A stretch of DNA of 58,527 nucleotides, the filler included, from Basidioascus undulatus (lineage: Eukaryota): assembly GCA_000826855.1 (NCBI GenBank). It is 4 parts of 4 records of this genome, joined end to end, with 100 filler letters (N's around TTAATTAATTAA, not from the genome) between each part and the next. Parts side by side here need not be neighbours in the genome. Positions count along the whole stretch, not along the records: positions 9,619 to 19,124 come from JTLS01001249.1; positions 19,225 to 48,926 come from JTLS01000125.1; 2 more parts are not named here. One strand, written 5' to 3'. Both the position numbers and the translations under genes were made by a program. This document shows positions 11,475 through 22,077 of the stretch, piece after piece (positions within the stretch are counted from its first letter, which is position 1; the number at the start of each line of letters is the position of its first letter). Below the pieces are notes generated by a model that saw only the letters and a program-made list of their open reading frames with translations, did no database searches and was not told where the DNA came from.

Positions 11475-13062
11475 TCAATAGAACGCCTCCTCGACCCTCG
11501 GCACCTGCGCAACGACCAGCCCACCCTCAGGCCTGAGCTCGCCCTTCAGCCCGCTCTCAACCGCGCGTCGTATCCTGCGCTCCCACGTCTCAAACCACAG
11601 CGGCTCCTCGAGGCCGCTCACGGCCTGCCCCCGCCCGTGCTCTTTCTCCTTCTCACGGCGCTTCAGCGGCCACGCGCTCCCCACCACGTTCCACTTTGCT
11701 TGGCCCTGGTGGAAGTGGTTGTAGAAGAAGAGGGGGATCCAGAGGAGCTGCGGGGGGAAGAGGGGGTTGAGTTGAGAAGGAGGTGAGGAGAGGGACGGAG
11801 GGGGAGGGGGAGGGGGAGAGGGAAGGGGACGGACGGTGATAATTAGGACGACTTGGAACCAGTTGCGGGAGAGGAGGTAGGATAGGCGCGAGTGCGGCCG
11901 GACGGAGATGCGGGAGTGCGTGGTGCGGAAGGTGAGGGTCACCGGATGTCGATAGGAGGTGGAAGCGATTGCGGCGCGTAGGGCTACGGACGGGCGGCAG
12001 GTTACATCAGATGTCCAGCCGACCAGTTCCCGAAGCCACTCCCAGAGAGAATCACGCACCTCTCTCGAGCTGAGCAAGGTCCCAACCGTACACGACTTTA
12101 TTGAACTGCCCCGGTGCAGCAGTGTCAGTGGCCCGTCCGAACACTCCATGCCCGCAAGCTAAAGCGAAAGCTCACATTGAACTCCTTTATCCGTCTCGTG
12201 CTCGCACAATACTCTTCCACCACCTCCCTCAAACTTTTGCTCGCCAAGCCCGCCTGCCCCTCCTCCAGCAGCAGCGGTGCGACCTCCGAGCTAGTCCCCG
12301 CCCTCCCCTTCGTTTTCGGTGGCTCCTCCACGAGCGCGTCCCACGGCGGCGCCCCACCCTTCAATCTCCGTTCTCTCCGCAGCGCACGCGCGCGCGTCTC
12401 CCGCCAGCCGAGCGCCTTCGCCGCGCCCGGATCCTTCCAGCTCAGGACGTCGCTTTTTGGTCGTGCGCGCGGGTCCCACACCGTCCGCCCTGAGCCGCCG
12501 CGGTGGGCGGGGACGGCGTCGGGGAGGACGAAGAAGGTGGGGCTGTACTCCTGTGGCTTGGGTTCATCGGCGGGGAGGTTGGGGAGGATGGAGGAGGATG
12601 CGCCCGTGCCGGGGGGGAGGGCGAGAGGGTCGACGAAGGGCTCGCCTCGCGCCCCGGCGCAGAGGATGCGGGTGAGGTCGATCGAGAACTCGAAATCGAC
12701 GACGCGCAGGGACTCGGTTGAGTCGCTGCGGACGCGGGCGTCGGAATCGTTGGAGGAAGAGTGCCGAGAGGAGATGTGCGGCGCGGGCCGGTTCTCGATG
12801 TGCGCGCCGAGGACGTCGAGATGGAAGTGCGGTGGACGAGACCCGTGCTCGAGCAGGAACTGGTACAGTGCTTCGGGCTGCAGGGGGTCGAGTGGGTGAG
12901 CTGTAGAGAATTCAAGCTTTTGAGAGTACGCACATCCTTATTGAGATGATCATCGAAGCTCAAGATCGACCCATCGCTGCGGGTCTCGAACGAGGCCGAG
13001 TACGGTGCGAAGCTCGGTGGTGGCGCATCGCTCTCGGCAAGCGAGCGGGCCTTGGGGGACAT
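11475..13062 (-). CDS. Conserved fungal protein of unknown function, multi-exon
   Basis: Spliced translation: SFDDHLNKD|AEALYQFL..VVDFEFSIDLT..EEYCASTRRIKEF|KVVYGWDLAQLE|ALRAAIASTSY..ISVRP..|LLWIPL..WFETWERRIRRAV. I recall this as a widespread fungal uncharacterised family. GT-AG introns are visible. Confidence 0.8.
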
Positions 13063-13479
13063 TAATAATTAAACAGTGGGTGTAGATTGTAGATAATTAG
13101 AAAAATATTCAGCGGATGATGGGTGTTGGTGGTTGTGGTCGTTCGAGGAGATGGTGGAAGCCCACAAAGGAGCGAGGCGCCGGGCGGGAACGTCCGCCCG
13201 GCCGAGTGTGGCCTGACGACATGTCGCTTGATATGCGGCTTTGATTGCTTCGTACAGTTCTCTTTCTCTGCCAAGTCTTATTGAAAGGCATAGGAAAGTG
13301 TTTGTGATTCTTAGAGGTAATGATCGGCGTGCTTCAGCAACCAGTGCGCAGCGTTGATGCCTTCTGATTGGCGCTCTCAAGTTGATCATTGTCACGTGCT
13401 TTTATAATCCTTCATTTCGCCAACGCGTCCTCGACGCGTCTATACGGAGTCGTTTACGAAGTCTGTACGAATTGAAGGC

Positions 13480-14125
13480 TGTGAGGGTTGACATGAAGAT
13501 GCGTTCGGGTAACTGCTCTGAGAGCGACTGAGCTTGCGTTTCCGGCTTGGTGTTAGGGCACTACCAGGCGAGTTCCAGTGTCTCCTCGAAACTCCGACCA
13601 CAGTTCCTCACTTTTGGCTCCATCGTGATCTTCACCATGGAATGGAAAATAAGCTGTAAAAGCTGTAACAGACCGCCGGCACTGGAAATTCGCAACATTT
13701 CAACCCCTCTTGATCAGAAGGTCCACACGCTACCTTCCAAGCGTCGTCCGGTGATCATGCCGGAAACCAGGCAAAAGAAAGATCATGGTCGGTCGAAAGC
13801 CGATATCATATGTATGGTATGTTCTCTGGGGAAGCGAGCAGAGCAGGCAAGACCGACGTCATGTGAAACGCTCTTCAGAAAGACGATAGATGGCCTCGCA
13901 GATTGGCTTTTCAACTGGTTTACAGCAATACATACAGTGGGGTATGACTCATTCGGTACAATTGAAAGGGGAGGAGAAAGACTATTTGCCCATTCAGACC
14001 ATGCTTCTGGTCGTGTTGCACTGCTCGCGCTGTTCGGCCAAGCCGTATTGAAGTTCGGGGAAGACGACCATGGTTTGCGCGGACGCGGAGTCGATCTGCC
14101 TTGCGTACTCCCTGAGGTGCCATGA
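13480..14125 (+). pseudogene. Fragment resembling the C-terminal half of capsule-associated Cap60-like proteins
   Basis: ALPGEFQCLLETPTTVPHFWLHRDLHHGMENKL* and RKTIDGLADWLFNWFTAIHTVGYDSFG..ERLFAHSDHASGRVALLALFGQAV, with in-frame stops. The family assignment is from memory only. Confidence 0.45.
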
Positions 14126-14167
14126 CAAAGCAGATTTTCAGCCATGTATCCAGTCTTGCCAATGATA

Positions 14168-15911
14168 CTAGATGGCAACGTACGCCTGCTCCAAGTCCTC
14201 CATCGGGACGCCGACGTCGCTGCGGAGCCCTCCGGCGGAAGGTCCGCGTCCGTGGGCGCCCTTTCGGTTGGACCAGTTCTGCCATGAATCGATCAATAAC
14301 TTTGGCAAGAGTAATCCACGTATAGCAGGGACTACCTGTGAGAAAACGTAGCCTCGGGCCGAACCCTTGGCGCTCTCCTCCTTGCGGAAGAAGTCCGCGA
14401 GGTGTCGAAGAGCGCTGAAGCATGGGTCCGTTCTTAGCCCTTTGCATCAAAAACAGAAAAAAAAAAACCCAGGTATCCGACTCGGACGTACCGGCACGCT
14501 GCCATCGCACTAATCGTAGCCGCTCCCCATGCCATGATGAACATCATGGGGGTGTTGAGTTCCAAGAGAGCGAAGACCGCCTGCAGAAGGTTGATGAGGA
14601 ACGTCACTGGGGGAAAGGTAGTAGTACCAAGGTTCGTATCAGCATCAGCATAAGCAATGCTCCTGAACACCCGCACGAACCGATGAAGTATATCATCCCT
14701 GCGAAACAGCGCCTGTGTCTCAGCGGACTGTCTTCCATGTGCCAGAGCAAGAATGACCTATACCATCCGTGATGAGTAGAGAGTTCAGGCCGCCAATACC
14801 CATGCCCCGGCGTGTCCACAGAAGACGCCCGGCCGACAAGGTGAGAACGATGCCGTCCACCACTGCGACCGACCCACAGGCCAACAGTGGTAAGTACAGG
14901 TTCAGCGCGGGGAATCGTGACAGCCGCACTCATGGTCAAGACATACTGTGAGACCAGGTGGAGGATCCTGTGTCAGTAATGTACGTCTTCCTAACATCTG
15001 ATATCACGTACGTTTGCAGAGAACCATCTTTCGACTTTGGTAACGATGCAGCCCTCGCCGTCCACCCAAATAGTTTGAGCGCACATAGTGCCTATGAAGG
15101 AAAAACGGTGTTCGCAAAATAGTCGAGTGAAGTCCAAACGATGGTACTGACTGTGTGACCAAGTGACGATCTGCCCGAGGTTCAAGACAATCAGGAAAAT
15201 GTTGATGTACGTGTCCTGATGCCCTGTTGATTGCCGACATACGTTCAGCTTCTACCGAGTTTGCGCGGAGTGAGAAGTCACCCACAAATGGCCTGTACGG
15301 TCGGTGGAAACTTCGTCAATCGGCAGGGTAGGAGCGCAACGCACAGCCGACTCACCGAGGTGCGCATCATGAGGAGAGCGGAAGCGGCGCAGGTGGCATA
15401 GCCCGAGCAGAGTTGAAGCATGATGAGATGAGCGTTGCAGTTGACCGCCCTCTCCGAGTGGTATAGAATGTTTCTGTGTGGAGGAGGGTAAGGGTTATCG
15501 GGCCCCACAGTATGTGCAGTCGCTCCCACTTGCAACGTGCAAGCTCACCCAAAGATATAGCTGCCACAAACAAAGTAACGTGCCAGGAGGTAGGGGATCA
15601 TCGGAAGCCGGAATGGCCGAGTGCCCTTCAGGAGCTCGTATTCGATATTTCTGTTCACCAAAGCTCACATTGCTCAGCGGCACCGGCCGTGGCTACTAAC
15701 TCTCCTCGCCGAAGTCCAGCTGATACGTACATAGTCATCAAGTACTCCCAAAACCACATGCCCATATGGCAGTACTAAGTGTTCCAGAATAGTTCAGCAC
15801 GCAGTGAACCTGGGAGTAGAGAGCGATAAGCCAGGAGAAACGCACGCCGAACGCAAGAAAGACCTGAAAGTCCTTCTGGACTTCCGTGGGTGACTGCCAG
15901 TCCACACCCAT
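14168..15911 (-). CDS. Basidiomycete multi-pass membrane protein (DUF6533-type, GPCR-like architecture); intactness uncertain
   Basis: Exons MGVDWQSPTEVQKDF | MGMWFWEYLMT | IEYELLKGTRPFRLPMIPYLLARY | AASALLMMRT | VDGIVLTLS..LLITDGI | NLLQAVFALLELNTPMMFIM..AMAACR. The 3' end is approximate. Confidence 0.75.
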
Positions 15912-17458
15912 GGCTTCTGAAAGCGTTACGAAAATGAAATGTGGGAATAAAGGACCAAGACGAGACAGAAGATCGAGCGCCGGCGGATGGGGGCAGTGAG
16001 GAGGGAGGCAGATTGCGAGCGTTGTAGCAGCAGTCGAAGCTTTCTATGCGAGCGGAGGTCGGGCACGACATTTGCCCCCGAAAATTAGTTCATAAAGTTG
16101 GCGATGATCCTTCGGGCGGAGGTATTGCTCGAGAGCCAGGAGCGCTCGCGCGTCGAGGCGCAAGCCAAGTCGAACGAAGTTCGGGCTCGAGGCGGTTTCC
16201 CAGCGAACGCGGTGATAAGCGATCGTGTGAACGGCAAGAACGGCACGTACGGGTAGGTTCACGATCAGTTGCGCACCGGAGCAGGTACGGTCCGACTAAG
16301 GGGAGGCATTGACAAGCGCTGCTCCAGCAATTATTCCACGCTCTGGGAGGACCCCGCCCACCCTAGCCTACGGCGGAGTGTCGCTGAAAGCGGCATGCAA
16401 TCCTTGCACGCCTGTGATCCATTTTGCGTACAAGAAGGAGGACACGTATAACCTGTTCAGATTAATCTTCCAGCGGGCCACTCGGTGCCGGGCAGGCACC
16501 GGGTCAGGCGAAGGCTGTCGGCTCCACGCGCAACCAACGCGCGAAGAAGCAAGCTGATCGTCGCCCACACGTGCGGACGAACGGGCACAAGCAGGGCTCC
16601 GCCGATGCACATCTTGCGGCTCTTGAAAGATCGCGCAAAGTATGGAAGGACTTTTGGTCCAACTAAATGAACCTAACTGCCAAGGCTCTGCGTGAGCAAG
16701 GAAGAGCGACTGCAGCGATACTGCAACGTCGCGGGGGTCACCGCTCTACAGCTTCGGAAGCTAAAAAAGTAGCAGAAATGACGAGCACCCACAGCTGCCA
16801 GCTGCTACTGGTTTAGGCCGACCGAGTTGCAGCATCCACCACGCTAGGTGTCTACCTTGACTTCCCCCGTCCATACGGTCTCCCTTTCTGACCTGACTTT
16901 CAAGAAGTCAATCTCTCGTTGAGAAGAACCTTTCGGACTCACGCAAATGCGTTTCTCGACAAGGCAGCAAAGCTTCCACGTCCCCGCAGACGAGGCGACC
17001 CCTCCGCCTTCACGGGCGCTTTGACCCCATTCAAAGAACCTCACTGCAGTTCAAGAACCAGTCATGCCTTGTGACACAAAGTGTGCCTAATGAGAACCAG
17101 TTCGAACCAAGTCCATCTCCAAATGTCTGCCGAGCCGACCGTGGTTGAGCCTCATCGCCAAGGCGCTTCGGACCTACTCAAGAGGCCCAAATTGAGCTGT
17201 CGTTGGACTAATGTACTGGAAATTCAGCGGGGAGATCCTCTAATACTACAAACAGGTATGGCTTGTGTCCAAGCGCGACCGTCCTTGACCTCATCATCCG
17301 CACGCCTGCACTCACTTCCCCTGGCCGCTGCCCACCCAACGCGTCGCAGCCTCAGCCTTTCAGTGTCAAATCATCTATCCGTTGTCTACCCCACTCCAGG
17401 TCTATCCTCTTCACTCCTCCACCCCTTCTCCCTATCCCCCACCCCCTCCCTTCCGCCT

Positions 17459-17940
17459 CTATCGCAGCCCCCCAATCACCCCCTCAAAAACCACGAAAGT
17501 CGCCACATTGACCGGGACAGCCCTAACCAGCGTCGGCGCGAGTCCCTTGACAAACACCCTCGCCCCGTCCACCCTGTACGCCTGGCGCGCCGCGCCCCAG
17601 AGGGTGCGGTAGGGATTCGACCGCGCGAGGCCATCGGTTGTTTGGATGCGCGTTTTGAGGACGTCGAGGGGGAAGCTGCGGCGCGTGTAAAGGCGTTTGA
17701 GCTCGAACGAGAGGGAGACGGGGAAAGGCAGAGAAAGGGAAGGGGAGGGACTGGAGGAGGGAGAGACAAAACGCACGTCGCAGCCCACCCGACGATCCCC
17801 GCCAACCCGCCAGCCAGTATAGTCGGCCCCCACCCAGCCGAGCGGACCTCGGCGTCCGCTTCAGCAGGGATGGACGCGTGCGAGTGCTCTGGCGCGGGAG
17901 GGGAATGGGTGAATTGGCGGAGGGTGTATTCGTAAGTCAC
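17459..17940 (-). pseudogene. Mitochondrial carrier (SLC25) fragment: last repeat only
   Basis: VTYE..LAGGLAGIVGWAAT|FPLDVLKTRIQ..KGLAPTLVRAVPVNVATFVVFE carries the Px[DE]xx[KR] signature. No upstream exons are recognisable before the ubiquitin promoter. Confidence 0.85.
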
Positions 17941-18629
17941 TAAGTGTCGCCAAAGTCAGTGCGATGCTCAGTCGAAAGAAGGAGGCAGGAGGCGGGTAAA
18001 TGAGGGAAGGGAAGTGTGGGAAGGGGGGTGGGGCAAAGGAGTGGGAGAGGGGGAGGAAGGAGAGGCGCACCGGAGTAGGGACTGGGATTGAGAGGTGGGA
18101 AGGGTGTTTTGCTAGCTGCGAAGGACACAGATGCATGTGTGCGTTTTCTGGCTCTGCGTTTTCTGCGTCAAACGCAGTCGTTCGAACGGCAGCAGCCACG
18201 CCTCGCAGGATCGTTCATGAAAGTTTCTGGATGCCTCTTGTTAGAGTACAACAAATTCAATCTAATCGGTCTGGTGACAAGGTGAAAACGTCGGTCATTA
18301 TTGTGCCTGTGGCAAAGGGATGAAACCCGCTGCAGAGCGTGCGTCCTCGCACCGCAGCCCGTGGCAATCGACACATACCCTGCCCTCGCCACCGCACAGT
18401 GTCTTGGATTTTGAGTATACTTCTCACTTGAAACTGCTTGCTCAAACACACAAGACGGCGAGGGAGCGCGTACGGCCATCGGCGGTGCTGGCCGGATCTG
18501 GAAGTTGCCGTTGCGCTCTGCTGAGATAAGCGACTCAGACGCGCACCTCATATGACGCCGCACGCAACGATCCGCTCTCTCCCTCCATTCCCCATCATCT
18601 CCTCCTCGCGCACTTGAACCCCTATTATT

Positions 18630-18822
18630 GTGAGTCGGTGTTCCTATTAATCGTTAGTTAGTGTTGTACGTCGTGTAGGCGATGCCCATGCGAGCGCGCG
18701 GGCTTGAAGTCCGGGCGCAAGGGCGGGTGCGATAAGCACGCCACAGTCTCACCGGGACCGACGTGGACCGTCGCGGATGCGGACTCGAGCTGACTCCCGC
18801 TTCCTCTCCTTCCTCCATGACA
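18630..18822 (+). other. Probable 5'-UTR intron of the ubiquitin gene
   Basis: gtgagt donor at ~18630, gctgac branch site, pyrimidine tract and cag at ~18822, ~50 nt before the ATG. Confidence 0.55.
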
Positions 18823-18871
18823 GACCACACCCACACTTCTTCCAACATCACCGCCGCATCCGCTCTACACC

Positions 18872-19124
<253 letters not shown>

Positions 19125-19224
19125 NNNNNNNNNNNNNNNNNNNNNNNNNNNNNNNNNNNNNNNNNNNNTTAATTAATTAANNNNNNNNNNNNNNNNNNNN
19201 NNNNNNNNNNNNNNNNNNNNNNNN
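19125..19224. other. Artificial contig-join spacer
   Basis: N44-TTAATTAATTAA (19169-19180)-N44. Confidence 0.97.
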
Positions 19225-19388
19225 TTGCGATGAGGTGCCGCAAAGTGGAGTGTGCCGAGCAGTCCACGCAGGCACGATGGGATGTTCAGGAGGAGCCGTC
19301 ATGCTTCCATCTTACAAAGCTTGCCAATACCCGAATGTTCTGAAATTGCTGTGCATTCACGCGATTGTTTTCCCAGCACTCCATTCTA

Positions 19389-21906
19389 TCACCTTGAAAC
19401 CCAAAGAAACTGTCCGGAAGCCAAAGCAAAGTACATCCAGAGCCGGGAGCAGCAGGTCTCCTTGACGAGCGTGCTCTTGTTGAAACCCTGCTTACTCTCG
19501 GGCACGTTCAGGGCCGGGTTTTCGGTGAAGAACTCGGCCGGCTTGAAGCTGAGATCGTACTTGTCGCAGGGAGACTCACTCAGACCAAAAAATCTATGAG
19601 GGTCTGACAACGGACGTCAGGGCGTTGTATCTGTCGTAACGTCAACCGTACTCAACGCCAGACGACAATGTCCTTGCGAGCTACCCAGGTCCAAGATACC
19701 ATTAGCTGGACGGCCATCTGAGGTCGGATCGAGGCATCCCAGAACTGCAAATTCCAGTCCTTACCCCATCCGCTCGACTATCATGAAACTTGTCAGACAA
19801 TTGCTTTCAAATCAGCTAGAAAGTCTGACCTACCTGGTTGGTGAAGACCTCGGGGCTGTACAGCTCGTTGTCGCGGTACTTTGTGACCCTGTTTGGCTTG
19901 TCGTCAATTATCCCATCTTAGAATTAACGTCAAGTAATATCGCATACCAGACATGGTGGTTGGCGAACTCCGCGCGCTTGTGCACAATGCTCGCCGGGTG
20001 TGCGATGATGAGCTGCGACGGAAGCGGCATGAACTTGTAGCCCACGGGGTTGCCGCTGATCGAGTTGATAACGCTCGGTTTGACGACTTTGAAGTAGCGG
20101 TTGCGCTTGGGACTACCATTGTTTCGCCAGTTTCAGCTCTACGGGGTCTGACCACATACGAAAGACTGCAAGCCAACGTACGCTGCGTCCGCCCAGCCAG
20201 ACTCCTTGAGGTACGTACGTCCGCTCCATGGTGAGACCCACGCCGAGTGGTTTCTTGACGGGATGGAGTGGCAACCGGACCGCGTCCTCCTGTACGACGG
20301 AGCTGAAGGGCCGTCGATCGCTCGGTGAACCGAGCGCTGAAGATGTGCTGGTGGTACGTTGCGAGAGTCCCCAGCGAGACGAGCGTTGCCGTAGGGACTT
20401 TTCTCGTTCGGCGCGATCTGGAAGTGGTGCAGGAACGGTCAAAGGACGGCTCGTTAGGGGCCGGAGACTCGTCTGACACGCACATAGGAAGCTGTCGAGT
20501 CATTTATTGAAGCTAACAGACATGGGCACGGTGGGAACTGTTGATTGACTCACAGAAAGAACTCCAGTCGCCCGAGCTTCCAGGTGGAACGCAGCCGCTT
20601 GGTAAAACTTGAAAGCGAATATGTATTTGTAGTTCCCGCATGGTACTGGTCAAGTCTCGATCTGGAAGTGCTTGCCTGCAGTCACACAAAGGCACCTCTC
20701 TGCCATCAGCGCATGCTCACCATCGCCCTTAAGGTGTTGCGTGAGTTTGGAAGGAAGAAATAAGGAATGCAATGCAATGGCGGCCTTGGGTCGGAGTACG
20801 GTACGATCTTTCAAGAAAGCACGTAACATGAGCGACAGGTACCGTTTCACCCGAGACGTTGGCGTATCATGCCGGAAAGGCTGAAGCGGTAGAAGATCGG
20901 CCGCCCGTCGTAGCGCGCATTGTGGAGGAGCACACCTTCATAGTACTAGCGGAATATATTCTTCAGTTCAGGATGTGTATACAGCGGGGACTCAGCGAAA
21001 GTCGAGACTCACGTTGAAATCCACACGGAAAGACCACTTCTGCCATTCGTCCTTGCTGCCGGTAACCTTGAAGCTGGGCCCCTCGGGCTGGACAACATTG
21101 GGCTTGATGTCGGTGCGCGCAGGCTTGTTCTGGAGCTTGTGATGGTAGTTGCACTCGAGGTGAGCGAGTAGGTCCTCAGACGGCGCGTGTGCAACCTCCT
21201 CGCTGCCGGCGGGGGCGTGGCCCAGCGTGATGAGTTTCCAAGTGCCCATCTGGCCGGTTCTGTTAGCCGAATATACAAAGCCTTCAATTAAATTTTGGAC
21301 GCATCTCTATTACAGAAGAAGGGGACTGCAGATGCCCATAAAGTCAGATCAAACCGGCTCTGCTGTAGGAATAGACAGACTTACATAGGCATCGATTAGT
21401 AGTTCGAGACGGGATCTTCGATGCGGCAGAAGTAGGACTAAAATTAAAAGAATGATTTCATTCAAGTTATTATTCGCAAAAGAAAAAAGAGAGAGAAGAC
21501 AGACCATGAAAGTAATAAGACGAGGCTGCGGAATGTCGGTGTCGCAGCCAGGTCCCCCTGCCGTTGCATGCGTAAGTTCTACGTACTCTCAGGTCAATTG
21601 CCTGAACGTACAAGGGTCGACAACCACGGTGGCTCCCTCAGGAAGCTTGAGGGCCTTAACAGACGCTTGAAACTCTGAATTAGCCAACAACGCATCTTCC
21701 GCAAGGATCATCTCATCGCTCGAGAGGCGCATGAAGGAACTTACGAACTTAAGAACGGGGAAAACTGGAATGAGCTCGAACGAGGAAACACTGTTGCCCG
21801 CAGAACTCGCTCGATAGATATGCAAACTGCCGCGGCACCATGCAAGGCCTGCTCCTGACTGCAGTTGTGTACGCGCGTCTTCAGCACTCATGAAATGAGA
21901 TACCAT
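19389..21906 (-). pseudogene. Copper-containing (TPQ) amine oxidase pseudogene
   Basis: [94 protein letters not shown]. Many frame breaks; no N-terminus is visible. Confidence 0.9.
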
Positions 21907-22077
21907 CTGACGAAAGCGGCGGCCCCTGTTCTCGTGCTCTAAGTTGATGGAAACTTGCGCTAGCGCTCTCTTTTACAGAATTATGACCCGTGTACGGCAG
22001 ACCATCCCTTCAAACGCTGTTTATAACAAACACTAAATCTCACGCTACTAGTACAGCGGAAGCCTCGCCCAAATCGT

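Noticed and set aside
16300..16470. Possible cutinase-like GDP/H remnant or structured RNA
   Set aside because: The protein reading needs several frameshifts, and no recognisable RNA motif is present.
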